Positions 8,805-18,961 of a stretch of 64,000 nucleotides of DNA are shown here, one piece after another. Below the pieces are notes generated by a model. That model ran no database searches, had not been told where the DNA came from, and saw nothing but the letters and a program-made list of their open reading frames with translations. Both the position numbers and the translations under genes were made by a program. This stretch comes from Actinomycetota bacterium (lineage in GTDB: Bacteria; Actinomycetota; UBA4738; HRBIN12), in NCBI GenBank assembly GCA_016201135.1, contig JACQDK010000040.1, positions 6,492 through 70,491 on the forward strand, written 5' to 3'. Position 1 is the first letter of the stretch. Every line of letters starts with the position of its first letter.

Positions 8805-10679
8805 ATGGTGGCCGGCCTGCTCCTGCTCGTCTCCCTGTTCGGGCGCGGCTCAGGCGAGCGCGCCCTCACGCTCACCCAGTTCCAGGAGCAGGTCGCCGCA
8901 GGCAAGGTGAGCACCGCGCAGATCCGCGAGGGTGAGCAGGTCATCGTCGGGAAGCTCTCCGGCGGCGAGGCCTACCAGGTGAAGTTCCCGAGCGAGTCCG
9001 AGGACGAGATAGTCACGTCCCTGCGCGAAGCCGGTGTCGTCACGACGGTCGACCCGCAGAAGGGGAACCCGCTCCTCGAGACGCTCGTCTCCGTGATCCT
9101 GCCGGTGCTGCTGATCGGCGCCCTCCTCTTCTGGATCATGAACCGCACGCAGGGCGGCGGAGGACGCGTGATGCAGTTCGGACGCAGCAAGGCCAAGCTG
9201 GTCTCGAAGGACCAGCCGAAGACCACGTTCGCCGATGTCGCCGGCGTCGACGAAGCGATCGAGGAGCTGCTGGAGGTGAAGGAGTACCTCCAAGCGCCCT
9301 CGAAGTTCCAGGCGATGGGGGCGAAGATCCCGCGGGGCGTTCTGCTGTACGGCCCGCCCGGGACCGGCAAGACGCTCCTTGCCCGGGCGGTCGCGGGTGA
9401 GGCGGGAGTGCCCTTCTTCTCGATAAGCGGCTCGGACTTCGTGGAGATGTTCGTCGGGGTGGGCGCGGCGCGAGTGCGCGACCTGTTCGAGCAGGCCAAG
9501 GCCGCGGCGCCGGCGATCGTGTTCATCGACGAGATCGACGCCGTCGGGCGCCACCGCGGAGCCGGGCTCGGCGGCGGTCACGACGAGCGGGAGCAGACCC
9601 TGAACCAGTTGCTGGTGGAGATGGACGGGTTCGATCAGCGCTCGACCGTGATCCTGATGGCGGCGACGAACCGGCCCGACATCTTGGACCCGGCGCTGCT
9701 GCGGCCGGGGAGGTTCGACCGGCAGGTGGTGATAGACAGGCCGGACCTGGAGGGGCGCAAGGCGATCCTGCGTGTCCACGCGAAGGGGAAGCCGTTCGAC
9801 AAGACAGTCGACCTCGACATCCTGGCGCGACGCACCCCGGGGTTCACGGGCGCCGACCTGGCGAACGTGATCAACGAGTCTGCGCTGCTCGCCGCGCGGC
9901 GGAACAAGCGAGCGATCTCGATGAAGGAGATCGAAGAGGCCGTGGACCGCGTGATGGCCGGGCCCGAGCGCAAGAGCCGCGTGATGGACGAGCAGGAGAA
10001 GCGCCTGATCGCGTACCACGAGGGAGGGCACGCGCTCGTCGCGCACGTCCTGCCGAACACGAACGAGGTCCACAAGATCACCGTGATCCCTCGCGGGCGC
10101 GCCCTCGGCTACACGCTCACCCTTCCCGAGCAGGACAAGTTCCTCATGACCCGCGAGGAGCTGCGCGACGAGCTCGCGATGCTCCTGGGCGGGCGCGTCG
10201 CCGAGGAGATCGTCGCCGGCGACGTCACGACCGGAGCCGGCAACGACATCGAGCGAGCCACCAAGGTCGCGCGCCAGATGGTGACCGAGTACGGGATGTC
10301 CGACGTGATCGGCCCGCTCACCCTGGGCCAGAAGCAGGGCGAGGTCTTCCTGGGTCGGGACTGGGCCACGACGCCCGACTACTCCGATCAGGTGGCGTTC
10401 GAGATCGACCAGGAGGTCCGCCACCTGATAGACGAGGCCCACGACGTCGCCCTCGAGATCCTCACGGAGCACCGTGACAAGCTCGACGCGCTCGCGGCGC
10501 TACTCCTCGAGCAGGAAACGCTCGAGCGCGAAGAGGTCGAGAGGTTCTTCGGCGAGATCCAGAAGCGAGAGCCGCGCGCGCCGGAGGTGCGGGGCGTCGG
10601 CCTGGCGGTGTCGCGACGCTCCGCGTTCCCTCCGATCGGGAAGAAGTCGCCCGGCACGCTCGGCCTGAACCCGACGTAG
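8805..10679 (+). CDS. ftsH: ATP-dependent zinc metalloprotease FtsH
   Basis: Walker [19 protein letters not shown], Walker [14 protein letters not shown], and zinc site HEGGHALV. The true start may be upstream: in-frame CTG at 8742, 6 nt after GGAGGA, would add LNEPESPLRRIARTPTLYIIL. Confidence 0.93.
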   Translation: MVAGLLLLVSLFGRGSGERALTLTQFQEQVAAGKVSTAQIREGEQVIVGKLSGGEAYQVKFPSESEDEIVTSLREAGVVTTVDPQKGNPLLETLVSVILPVLLIGALLFWIMNRTQGGGGRVMQFGRSKAKLVSKDQPKTTFADVAGVDEAIEELLEVKEYLQAPSKFQAMGAKIPRGVLLYGPPGTGKTLLARAVAGEAGVPFFSISGSDFVEMFVGVGAARVRDLFEQAKAAAPAIVFIDEIDAVGRHRGAGLGGGHDEREQTLNQLLVEMDGFDQRSTVILMAATNRPDILDPALLRPGRFDRQVVIDRPDLEGRKAILRVHAKGKPFDKTVDLDILARRTPGFTGADLANVINESALLAARRNKRAISMKEIEEAVDRVMAGPERKSRVMDEQEKRLIAYHEGGHALVAHVLPNTNEVHKITVIPRGRALGYTLTLPEQDKFLMTREELRDELAMLLGGRVAEEIVAGDVTTGAGNDIERATKVARQMVTEYGMSDVIGPLTLGQKQGEVFLGRDWATTPDYSDQVAFEIDQEVRHLIDEAHDVALEILTEHRDKLDALAALLLEQETLEREEVERFFGEIQKREPRAPEVRGVGLAVSRRSAFPPIGKKSPGTLGLNPT

Positions 10680-10686
10680 CCTGCCC

Positions 10687-11352
10687 GTGAGCGCCGACCG
10701 CTGGGCCACGTTCGACTGCTACGGAACCCTGATCGACTGGAGGGCCGGGATCGGGGCCACGCTCGCGCGGCTGTGGCCCGGGGAGGACGCGGGCCGGCTG
10801 CTCGCGTGCTACCACTCGATCGAGCCGGACGTTCAGGCCGGGAGGGCGGTCCCATACCGCGAGGTGCTGGCCGAGGCGCTGGGGCGTCTCGCCGCACAGG
10901 AGGGTCTCGACCTTCCTGTGGAAGAACGCGGCGCACTGGGCCGGTCCCTGCCGGACTGGCCGCCCTTCCCCGAGGCGCCGGGGTCGCTCAGCGAGCTCCG
11001 CGAACGCGGTTGGAGGCTCGCGGTCCTGTCGAACACCGACCCCGATCTGCTCGCCGCATCGCTTAGGGCGATCGGCGTGCCTGTCGACCTGCAGGTCACC
11101 GCGCTCGAGGCCGGTTCCTACAAGCCGGCGCACGGGCACTGGAGCGTCTTCTTCGACAGGAGCTCCGCGGACCGCCTCCGGCACGTCCACGTGGCGGCGT
11201 CGCTCTTCCACGACGTCGCGCCGGCGGCCGAGCTCGGCCTCGCCGCCGTGTGGATCAACCGGGAGGGCGAGACCTCGGATCTGCCCAGAGCCCGGGAGCT
11301 GGCGGACCTGCGAGGGCTCGCCGACTCCCTGGACGAGCTGGTCCCCGGGTAG
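10687..11352 (+). CDS. HAD-superfamily hydrolase (haloacid dehalogenase type II-like)
   Basis: Motif [11 protein letters not shown], later LSNTD and K...HVAAS..HD. GTG 10687, TAG 11352. Confidence 0.8.
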   Translation: MSADRWATFDCYGTLIDWRAGIGATLARLWPGEDAGRLLACYHSIEPDVQAGRAVPYREVLAEALGRLAAQEGLDLPVEERGALGRSLPDWPPFPEAPGSLSELRERGWRLAVLSNTDPDLLAASLRAIGVPVDLQVTALEAGSYKPAHGHWSVFFDRSSADRLRHVHVAASLFHDVAPAAELGLAAVWINREGETSDLPRARELADLRGLADSLDELVPG

Positions 11353-11353
11353 C

Positions 11354-11956
11354 ATGGCCGCCATGGACGACGACCTGCTCGGCCAGGCGAAGGGCTTCGA
11401 CCAGGCGAAGGTGGAGGAGGGCGTCCGGCTGATCCTCGAGGGGATCGGCGAGGATCCCGAGCGAGGAGGCCTCCGAGAGACTCCCTTGCGCGTTGCCCGG
11501 ATGTACCGTGAGCTCTTCGCCGGAGTCGGCAAGGACGCCTCGCAGCTCGTCACGGTCGTGGAGGGAGCGGACCACGACGAGATGATCATGGTTCGCGACA
11601 TCCCACTGGCGAGCTTCTGCGAGCACCACCTGATCCCTTTCAACGGCAAGGCCCACGTCGCGTACATCCCGAACAAGGAGCAGCAGATCACCGGCCTGTC
11701 GAAGATCGCGCGGGTCGTGGACCTGCTCGCGAGGCGTCCCCAGGTGCAGGAGCGGCTCACCACCTAGATCGCCGATGCCCTCGATGCTGGGCTGTCCCCC
11801 CGGGGAGTGTTCGTCGTGATCGAGGCCGAGCACCTCTGCATGACGATGCGCGGCGTGAAGAAGCCGGGCGCCGTCACCGTGACCTCGGCGGTGCGCGGCT
11901 TGTTCCGCACGGACGCCCGCACGCGCCAGGAGGCCATGAACCACATCGGCCACTGA
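11354..11956 (+). pseudogene. folE: GTP cyclohydrolase I interrupted by an in-frame TAG
   Basis: CEHHLIPF...[24 protein letters not shown] then TAG (11765-11767). The same frame continues [34 protein letters not shown]...AMNHIGH to TGA 11954-11956. Confidence 0.9.
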
Positions 11957-11987
11957 GCACCGCCTCGGGCGCGGCTACGATGTCCTG

Positions 11988-12839
11988 GTGAAGCCCGGGA
12001 TCTGGCGCTGTGGGGAGCACGCGATCGAGCTGGGCAGGCGCACGCTCGTCATGGGCATCGTGAACGTGACGCCCGACTCGTTCTCGGACGGAGGTCTCTT
12101 CCAGCACCCGCAGGACGCCGTCGGGCACGGGGCGCGGCTGGTGGACGAGGGGGCGGACGTTGTGGACGTGGGGGGCGAGTCGACGCGCCCGGGCTCGGAC
12201 CCCGTCCCGGTCGAGGAGGAGCTGGGCAGGGTCCTTCCGGTGATCGAGGGCATCCTTGCTGCGCGGCCCGGGACGCCCGTGAGCGTCGACACCCGCAAGG
12301 CTGCCGTTGCGAAGGGCGCCCTCGCCGCGGGCGCCTCGATCGTGAACGACGTCTCCGCCGGCTCGGACCCGGAGATGTTCGGCGTCGTGAGGCGGACCGA
12401 AGCCGGGATGGTCCTGATGCACATGAAGGGCGATCCCAAGACGATGCAGGTCGAGCCGCACTACGACGACGTGGTCGAGGAGGTTCGAGAGTTCCTCCGC
12501 GAGCGCGTGGAGGCCGCGGTCTTCGCCGGCATCTCCGCCCAACGCCTCTGCGTGGATCCCGGCATCGGGTTCGGCAAGGACCTCGGGCACAACCTCGAGC
12601 TGCTCCGGCACCTGAGCGCGTTCGAGGACCTCGGCGCGACGCTCATGGTCGGCCCGTCTCGGAAGCGGTTCGTCCGGATGCTCACGGGTGCGGAGGATCC
12701 CGACGCCCTGGTGGAGGGGACGGCCGCCGCGGTCGCGTGGTGCGCTGCGCAGCGCGTGGACGTGGTTCGGGTGCACGACGTCGGGCAGATGGTGCGCGTG
12801 CTGAAGGTCGTCGACGCGATCGTCCGGGGCGGGGCGTGA
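11988..12839 (+). CDS. folP: Dihydropteroate synthase
   Basis: GIVNVTPDSFSDGG, DVGGESTRPG, and IVNDVS motifs. Confidence 0.92.
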   Translation: MKPGIWRCGEHAIELGRRTLVMGIVNVTPDSFSDGGLFQHPQDAVGHGARLVDEGADVVDVGGESTRPGSDPVPVEEELGRVLPVIEGILAARPGTPVSVDTRKAAVAKGALAAGASIVNDVSAGSDPEMFGVVRRTEAGMVLMHMKGDPKTMQVEPHYDDVVEEVREFLRERVEAAVFAGISAQRLCVDPGIGFGKDLGHNLELLRHLSAFEDLGATLMVGPSRKRFVRMLTGAEDPDALVEGTAAAVAWCAAQRVDVVRVHDVGQMVRVLKVVDAIVRGGA

Positions 12840-13711
12840 TGCCGAAGCGGCGGGCCCGCGTATCGGGAGGCGACCTCGCATACGTGGACGAGGGCGAGGG
12901 CCCGGCCGTCGTGCTGCTGCACGCCTACCCGCTCTCGTCGTCCTCGTGGCGGCAGTTCGTCCCGATGTTCGCAGGGCGGTTCCGCGTGATCGCGCCGGAC
13001 CTGCTGGGCGCCGGGGGCTCGGCGAAGCCAGCCGACGAGCCGCTGGACGTCGGCTCGCAGGCGGCTCGGGTGGCCGAGCTGCTGGACGGTCTGGCCGTCG
13101 GGGGGTTCGCCGCGGTCGGCGAGGGCCACGGGGGAGGCGTGGCCCAGCTGCTGGCCCTCGCCGGCGCCCGCGTGGAGGCGATGGTCCTGCTGACGAGCGT
13201 CTGCTTCGGCCTGGAGCCGTTGGGACTCTCCGCGGGGGCGCGGCCCGCGGCCGCGCCGACAACGCCTCTCGTCCACGAGGCGATCCGTCGGGTGCTCCGG
13301 ACCGGGATGCGGCGGCACGAACGCCTGACCGAGGATCTCGTGGCCGAGCACGCACGCCCGTTCCTGGACGATCCCGCCGCGGGGTTCCGGCTGATGGGGG
13401 CGATCGACGGGTCGGCCCCCGCAGGCCCGGAGCCGGAGGGCTTCGACTTCCCGGTCCTGGTCATGTGGGGCGAGGACGACGCCTGCCTGCCGCCGGCGGC
13501 CGCCGAGCGGCTGAACGACGCGATCGCGACGTCCTCGCTGGGCCTTCTCCCTGGGTGCGGGCACTTCCTCACCGAGGAGGCGCCTGAGACGCTTGCGCCG
13601 ATGGTGGCCGAGTACCTCCGGGCCCGCTACCTGAAGGCGCCGCACGGCCACGAGGGCGTGGTGACGATCCCCCTGGGTCGGCGCCCGCCATGGGAAGGGG
13701 ACGACGGGTGA
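12839..13711 (+). CDS. Alpha/beta-hydrolase fold protein with atypical nucleophile elbow
   Basis: ATG 12839 overlaps the folP TGA. VVLLHAYPLSSSSW...RVIAPDLLGAG... fold. The elbow reads AVGEGHGGGVA (Gly where GxSxG Ser/Asp is expected). C-terminal GCGHFLTEEAP carries the His. Confidence 0.75.
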   Translation: MPKRRARVSGGDLAYVDEGEGPAVVLLHAYPLSSSSWRQFVPMFAGRFRVIAPDLLGAGGSAKPADEPLDVGSQAARVAELLDGLAVGGFAAVGEGHGGGVAQLLALAGARVEAMVLLTSVCFGLEPLGLSAGARPAAAPTTPLVHEAIRRVLRTGMRRHERLTEDLVAEHARPFLDDPAAGFRLMGAIDGSAPAGPEPEGFDFPVLVMWGEDDACLPPAAAERLNDAIATSSLGLLPGCGHFLTEEAPETLAPMVAEYLRARYLKAPHGHEGVVTIPLGRRPPWEGDDG

Positions 13712-14058
13712 CCACCAAGCTGTTCCTGACGGGGATCGGTTGCGAGGGCCGTCACGGGGTCAACCCCGGCGAGAAGGACGCACCGCAGCCCTTCGTGGTG
13801 GACCTCGACCTCGACGTCGAGGCGGCGGGCGACGACATCGGGGATACCGCCGACTACCGGGAGATCGCGCGCCGGGTTCGCGAGACGGTCGGCCAAGAGT
13901 CGTTCGACCTGCTGGAGTCGCTCGCCCACGCGGTGGCCGGTGCCGTTGCGTCGATGCCGCGCGTGGTGCGCGTCACGGCCGTCGTGCACAAGCCGAACGC
14001 TGCGCGCTCCCTCGGGATCGAGGGAGTAGCGGCCGCGGCGTCCGCAGGAGCGGACTGA
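13708..14058 (+). CDS. folB: Dihydroneopterin aldolase
   Basis: GTG 13708 overlaps the upstream TGA. LFLTGIGCEGRHGVNPGEKDAPQPFVVDLDL...DTADYREI. The track ORF starts at 13690. Confidence 0.85.
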   Translation: MTTKLFLTGIGCEGRHGVNPGEKDAPQPFVVDLDLDVEAAGDDIGDTADYREIARRVRETVGQESFDLLESLAHAVAGAVASMPRVVRVTAVVHKPNAARSLGIEGVAAAASAGAD

Positions 14059-14062
14059 CCCG

Positions 14063-14557
14063 ATGGGAGAGCGAGCGCTGCTGGGGCTCGGGTCGAACCT
14101 GGGGGAGCGGCTCGCGAACCTCCAGCGCGCGGCCGACCTGCTCGGCGCGGCCGTCGGCGTCCGAGTCGTCGCGAGCTCGCGGATCTACGAGACCGAGCCC
14201 GTCGGCGGCCCGGCGCAGCCCGATTTCCTGAACGCGGTCGTGGAGGTCGAGACGGACCTGGAGCCGCGGGAGCTGCTGGCGGCCTGTCTCGGCGTGGAGC
14301 AGGACCTCGGCCGCGTGCGGGAGGAACGGTGGGGCCCGCGGGTCATCGACGTGGACCTGCTGCTCTACGACGAAGTCGACATGGACGAACCCCACCTGAT
14401 CGTGCCGCATCCCCGGCTGCACGAGCGCGCGTTCGCGCTGGTGCCGCTCCTCGAGCTCGTGCCGGACCCCGTTCTCGCGGGCGGCATGCGCGCTGCGGAC
14501 GCGACGCCTGGGGGCGAGGTCCGGCTCTGGGGACCTCCGCTCCTGGTTCGCCGGTGA
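14063..14557 (+). CDS. folK: 2-amino-4-hydroxy-6-hydroxymethyldihydropteridine diphosphokinase
   Basis: LGLGSNLGERL...SRIYETEPVGGPAQPDFLNAVVEV...WGPRVIDVDLLLYD...PHPRLHERAFALVPL. Confidence 0.9.
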   Translation: MGERALLGLGSNLGERLANLQRAADLLGAAVGVRVVASSRIYETEPVGGPAQPDFLNAVVEVETDLEPRELLAACLGVEQDLGRVREERWGPRVIDVDLLLYDEVDMDEPHLIVPHPRLHERAFALVPLLELVPDPVLAGGMRAADATPGGEVRLWGPPLLVRR

Positions 14558-15426
14558 GCCGCATGGACGTGGCGGTGATCGGCGCCGGGCGCGTGGGGAC
14601 CGCGATCGCCGTGCTGCTTCGGAACGCGGGCCACAGGATCGCCGCCGTCGCCGGTCGCAAGGACACTGCGGGCCGCGCGGCGGAGCACCTGGCGGGGGTT
14701 CCCGTGCTGGGGCCGGCCGCCGCCGCTCACGAGGGCGAGCTGGTCCTGCTCGGCGTGCCGGACGACTCGATCGCGCGCATCGCGGCTGAGCTCGTGAGGG
14801 AGGGCGCGCTCGCGAAGGGGCAGTGGGTCGCGCACCTTTCGGGTGCGATGGGGCTCGACGCGCTCGCGGCCGTGCGCCCAACGGGTGCACGGCCGCTCGC
14901 GATCCACCCGCTCCAGACCTTCCCCGACGTGGAGAGCGCGATCGGGCGGATCCCGGGCTGCGCGATCGCCGTCACCGCAGACGACGAGGAGGGATCCGCT
15001 CTGGGGGAGGGCATCGCCAGGGATCTCGGGGCCGAGCCCTTCCGCCTCGCCGACGAGGCTCGCCCGCTCTACCACGCCGCGGCCGTGTTCGCCTCGAACT
15101 ACGTGGTGGCATCTATCGGCCTTGCCCGGGAGCTGTTGTCGCTCGCAGGCGTCCCCGATCCGGTCGCCGCGCTGATGCCGCTGGTCCTCGCGACCGTCGA
15201 GAACGCCGGACGGCTCGGCCCGGAGCGCGCGCTGACCGGCCCCGCGGTGCGCGGCGACGCCGGCACCGTGGAGAGGAACCTTCTGGCGCTGTCGCGGGCC
15301 GCGCCCGACGCGGTGCCCGCGTACGTCGCGATGGCGCGGGTCGCGCTCGACCTGGGGACCCGCGCCGGTCGTCTTCCCGGGGACTCCCGCGCCCTCGTCG
15401 AGGAGGTGCTCTCGCGCTGGACGTGA
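14554..15426 (+). CDS. Rossmann-fold/DUF2520 protein (ketopantoate-reductase-like) of the fol-pan block
   Basis: GTG 14554 overlaps the folK TGA (alternative ATG 14563). MDVAVIGAGRVGTAIA dinucleotide fold. C-terminal LTGPAVRGD is typical of DUF2520. Confidence 0.7.
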   Translation: MSRMDVAVIGAGRVGTAIAVLLRNAGHRIAAVAGRKDTAGRAAEHLAGVPVLGPAAAAHEGELVLLGVPDDSIARIAAELVREGALAKGQWVAHLSGAMGLDALAAVRPTGARPLAIHPLQTFPDVESAIGRIPGCAIAVTADDEEGSALGEGIARDLGAEPFRLADEARPLYHAAAVFASNYVVASIGLARELLSLAGVPDPVAALMPLVLATVENAGRLGPERALTGPAVRGDAGTVERNLLALSRAAPDAVPAYVAMARVALDLGTRAGRLPGDSRALVEEVLSRWT

Positions 15427-16289
15427 TACGCGATGCGGCCGAGTTCCGCGCGGCCGCCGACGACCGACGGGAGGCCGGAGGGACCGCCGCCCTCGTGCCC
15501 ACGATGGGCGCACTGCACGAGGGTCATGTCTCGCTGATCCGCCGGGCACGCGCCGAGCACGCGTGGTGCGCGGTCTCGATCTTCGTGAACCCGCTTCAGT
15601 TCGGGCCGGACGAGGACCTGGGCAGGTACCCGCGCGACGAGCCGGCCGATCTCGCCGTCTGCGAGCGCCTCGGCGTCGACGCGGTCTGGGCGCCTACCGC
15701 GCAGGAGATGTACCCGCCCGGCGTCCTGCTCCCGTCACCGGAGCCCGGCCCGATAGGCGACGTCCTGGAGGGCGCCTCGCGGCCCGGCCACTTCCGAGGC
15801 GTGCTGAAGGCCGTCCACCGCCTGTTCGATGCGTGCGGGCCGTGCACCGCCTACTTCGGCGAGAAGGACGCCCAGCAGCTGTTCCTGGTGCGGCGGATGG
15901 TGTCCGAGGAACGGCTGCCGGTGACGGTCGTCGGGTCCCCTACGGTCCGGGAGCCGGGCGGCCTGGCGTGCTCCTCGCGGAACGCCCAACTATCGGCGAA
16001 GGAGCGCGAGCAGGCGGCCTGCCTATTCCTGGCGCTCACTGAGGCGGCCGAGCTGGCGCGCGGGGGCGAGCGCGACGCGGCCGTCCTAGTCGCGGCGATG
16101 GCCCGGGAGATCGGGGCCACCGCGCTGGCGCACCTGGACTACGCGACCGTGGTCGCCGATGACACGTTCGAGGAGATCCGCGCGATCGACCGCCCTGCTC
16201 GCGCGCTCGTCGCGGCGCGCTTCCCGTCCGCTCGCCTGATCGACAACCTGAGGCTCCCCTCGGCGAAGCCGGCCACCGCCGGAAGCTAG
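15423..16289 (+). CDS. panC: Pantoate--beta-alanine ligase
   Basis: VPTMGALHEGHVSLI, FVNPLQFGP, GHFRGV, FGEKDAQQL, SSRN. GTG 15423 overlaps the upstream TGA. The track ORF 14823-16289 is over-extended. Confidence 0.9.
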   Translation: MIRDAAEFRAAADDRREAGGTAALVPTMGALHEGHVSLIRRARAEHAWCAVSIFVNPLQFGPDEDLGRYPRDEPADLAVCERLGVDAVWAPTAQEMYPPGVLLPSPEPGPIGDVLEGASRPGHFRGVLKAVHRLFDACGPCTAYFGEKDAQQLFLVRRMVSEERLPVTVVGSPTVREPGGLACSSRNAQLSAKEREQAACLFLALTEAAELARGGERDAAVLVAAMAREIGATALAHLDYATVVADDTFEEIRAIDRPARALVAARFPSARLIDNLRLPSAKPATAGS

Positions 16290-16298
16290 GATGGCCCG

Positions 16299-17081
16299 AT
16301 GCTGCTCGCCGTGGACGTCGGCAACACCGAGATCGTGCTCGGGATCTTCCGGGGTCCGGGGCTCGAGCACACCTGGCGGCTGTCGACGACTCCGGAGCGC
16401 ACCTCCGACGAGCTCGCGTTGGTCATCGGTGGGCTCCTGGACCAGGTTGGGATGAGCTTCGAGTCGCAGATAACCGGCGTCGTCGTCGCGTCGGTGGTGC
16501 CGGCGGTCACGTCGTCTCTGAGGGAGATGGCCGAGCGACACTTCCCGTTCCTCCCCGTGTTCGTCGGGCCCGGGACCAAGACCGGGGTGCCGATCCTCAC
16601 CGACAATCCGCGCGAGGTTGGCGCCGACCGGGTCGTGAACACGCTCGCGGCCTTCTCGAAGTTCGGCGGGCCGGCGATCGTGGTGGACTTCGGCACCGGG
16701 ACGACCTTCGACGTGGTCTCGGACAAGGGGGAGTTCCTCGGGGGCGTGATAGCGCCGGGGCTCCAGGTGAGCGCGGCGAGCCTCTTCTCGCATACGGCGA
16801 GACTGACGCGCGTGGAGCTGGTGGCACCTCGCTCCGCGGTCGGCAAGAGCACGGTCGAGGCGCTCCAGTCCGGCCTGGTCTTCGGCACTGCCGGCGAGGT
16901 CGACGGCATCGTCGAGCGGATCGAGGGAGAGCTCGGCATGCCGACGGTCGTGATCGCGACCGGGGGGCTGGCGCCGGTCGTGGTTCCGCACTGCCACACG
17001 ATCGACCACCACGAGCCCTGGCTCACGCTGGAGGGCCTGCGCCTCGTCTTCGAGAAGAACGTCGCGGTCGGCGATGGGTGA
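16299..17081 (+). CDS. coaX: Type III pantothenate kinase
   Basis: MLLAVDVGNTEIVLGIF...GADRVVN...VVDFGTGTTFDVV. Confidence 0.9.
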   Translation: MLLAVDVGNTEIVLGIFRGPGLEHTWRLSTTPERTSDELALVIGGLLDQVGMSFESQITGVVVASVVPAVTSSLREMAERHFPFLPVFVGPGTKTGVPILTDNPREVGADRVVNTLAAFSKFGGPAIVVDFGTGTTFDVVSDKGEFLGGVIAPGLQVSAASLFSHTARLTRVELVAPRSAVGKSTVEALQSGLVFGTAGEVDGIVERIEGELGMPTVVIATGGLAPVVVPHCHTIDHHEPWLTLEGLRLVFEKNVAVGDG

Positions 17082-18588
17082 GGGCCGGGAGTTCGAGGCG
17101 CATGAGGGTCTCTCGCGGGAGGCCGAGGTCCTTCGCGCGCGCCGGGAGTCGATGGAGCGACTCCGCGCGAGCGGGATCGAGCCGTTCGCGCTGCGGTTCG
17201 CGCCCGACACCACCGCCGCAGACCTGCACGCCGAGTTCCCCGAAGGGACGCTCGCGAACGACGAGGCGTCTGGCCGGCGCGCGACGGCGGCGGGGCGTGT
17301 GGTGCTCGCGCGCCGCCACGGCAAGCTGACCTTCCTCGTGATCCGCGACAGGACGGGCGACCTGCAGCTCTTCTGCGAGGAGGCGACGCTCGGCCCGCAG
17401 GCGTACGCGATGATGGAGGAGGTCGACCTCGGCGACATCGTCGGCGCGTCCGGCGTCGTGGTCCGCACCAGACGCGGCGAGCTCTCGCTGAAGATCGATT
17501 CCCTGACGATGCTGACGAAGGCACTGCGCCCGCTTCCGGAGAAGTGGCACGGCCTGAAGGACCCTGACCTTCAACAGCGCCGGCGCTACCTGCACCTGAT
17601 CGCCGATCCCACGCCGCACTTCTACGCGGAGTCGCGCGCGAAGGTGTTGCGCGCCATCCGATCCGCGCTCGACTCGCGCGGCTACCTCGAGGTGGAGACA
17701 CCGGTGCTACAGGCCGTGGCCGGCGGCGCGCTGGCCAAGCCGTTCACGACCCACCACAACGTGCTCGACATGGATCTGAAGCTGAGGATCTCGCTCGAGC
17801 TCTACCTGAAGCGCCTGCTCGTCGGCGGCCTCGAGCGCGTGTACGAGATCGGCAGGACCTTCAGGAACGAGGGCGTCGACCGAGAGCACAACCCGGAGTT
17901 CACGATGCTCGAGCTCTACGAGGCGTACGGCGACTACGAGACGATGATGCGGATGGCCGAAGACCTGATCGCGGTCTGCGCCGAGCAGGTCCGCGCATCG
18001 CTCGCGTTCTCGTTCCGGGGCCGCGAGCTCGATCTCACGCCCCCGTGGCGCCGCATCACGGTCTTGGGGAGCGTCTCCGAGGCCGTCGGTGAGGAGGTCA
18101 CGCTGGAGCGCACCGACCTGGCGAGCCTGGCCGAGCGCCACGGAGTGAACGTCGACCCGAAGTGGGGTCCGGGGAAGATCGTGCAGGAGCTCTTCGAGAA
18201 GCTCGTCGAGAAGTCGCTCTGGGAGCCCACGTTCGTGTGTGACTTCCCTCGCGAGGTGTCGCCGCTCGCGCGTCCGCACCGCGAGAACCCCAGCCTCACA
18301 GAGCATTTCGACGTAGTGATCGGCGGCGTGGAGCTCGCGACCGCGTTCTCAGAGCTGACCGATCCCGACGAGCAGCGCGCCAAGTTCGAGCTGCAGGCGG
18401 CTCAGCGGCAGGCCGGAGACGAGGAGACGCACCCGTTCGACGAGGACTTCCTCACGGCGCTCGAGCACGGGATGCCGCCGGCCGGCGGGATCGGGATCGG
18501 GATCGACCGCCTGCTCATGGTGCTGACCGACGCGCCGTCGCTGCGCGACCTGATCATGTTCCCGCACCACCGGCCGGAGGACGGCTGA
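17074..18588 (+). CDS. lysS: Lysine--tRNA ligase (class II)
   Basis: OB-fold N-terminal part. Class II motifs YEIGRTFRNEG, FTMLELYEAY, and GGIGIGIDRLLMVL. Confidence 0.93.
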   Translation: MGEGREFEAHEGLSREAEVLRARRESMERLRASGIEPFALRFAPDTTAADLHAEFPEGTLANDEASGRRATAAGRVVLARRHGKLTFLVIRDRTGDLQLFCEEATLGPQAYAMMEEVDLGDIVGASGVVVRTRRGELSLKIDSLTMLTKALRPLPEKWHGLKDPDLQQRRRYLHLIADPTPHFYAESRAKVLRAIRSALDSRGYLEVETPVLQAVAGGALAKPFTTHHNVLDMDLKLRISLELYLKRLLVGGLERVYEIGRTFRNEGVDREHNPEFTMLELYEAYGDYETMMRMAEDLIAVCAEQVRASLAFSFRGRELDLTPPWRRITVLGSVSEAVGEEVTLERTDLASLAERHGVNVDPKWGPGKIVQELFEKLVEKSLWEPTFVCDFPREVSPLARPHRENPSLTEHFDVVIGGVELATAFSELTDPDEQRAKFELQAAQRQAGDEETHPFDEDFLTALEHGMPPAGGIGIGIDRLLMVLTDAPSLRDLIMFPHHRPEDG

Positions 18589-18589
18589 C

Positions 18590-18961
18590 TCAGGCGGGTT
18601 CGGCGGCCTCGTGCAGCACGATCACGAGATCCTCGAGGCCGACGCCCTTCGCCAGGAACCCGGAGGCGCCCGCCTCGCGCGCCTCCTTCTCCACGCCCGG
18701 GTCGGCATGCGCCGTGAGGATCACCACCGGGAGCTCGGGGCGCTTGCGGTGGATCTCCTTCATCGCGTCGATGCCCGACAGGTCCGGCATCGACAGGTCC
18801 ATCAGCACCACGTCCGGCCGGAGCTCCTCGGCTTCCTCGCACGCGGCGACGCCACCTCCTGCCTCGCCCGCGACCTCCAGCCCGTCCACCATCCCCAGTG
18901 CGGACGTCAGTGCTCTTCGGAACGCCGGATGGTCGTCAACGACCAAGACTCGCACCGTCAT
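18590..18961 (-). CDS. Stand-alone response-regulator receiver domain protein (no output domain)
   Basis: RVLVVDDH...DVVLMDLSMPDLSG...VVILTAH...AGASGFLAKG; 123 aa. Confidence 0.85.
   Translation of the reverse strand: MTVRVLVVDDHPAFRRALTSALGMVDGLEVAGEAGGGVAACEEAEELRPDVVLMDLSMPDLSGIDAMKEIHRKRPELPVVILTAHADPGVEKEAREAGASGFLAKGVGLEDLVIVLHEAAEPA

Noticed and set aside
8850-10472. A 540-aa ORF antisense to ftsH, and similar long ORFs opposite or off-frame to lysS/coaX (16086-17701), clpC (19054-21423), groEL (47480-49246), acs (42206-44059) and others.
   Set aside because: They fully overlap genes with unambiguous conserved motifs. They are Arg/Pro/Gly/Ala-rich with no recognisable domains. Stop codons are rare at this GC content, so such ORFs are expected by chance.
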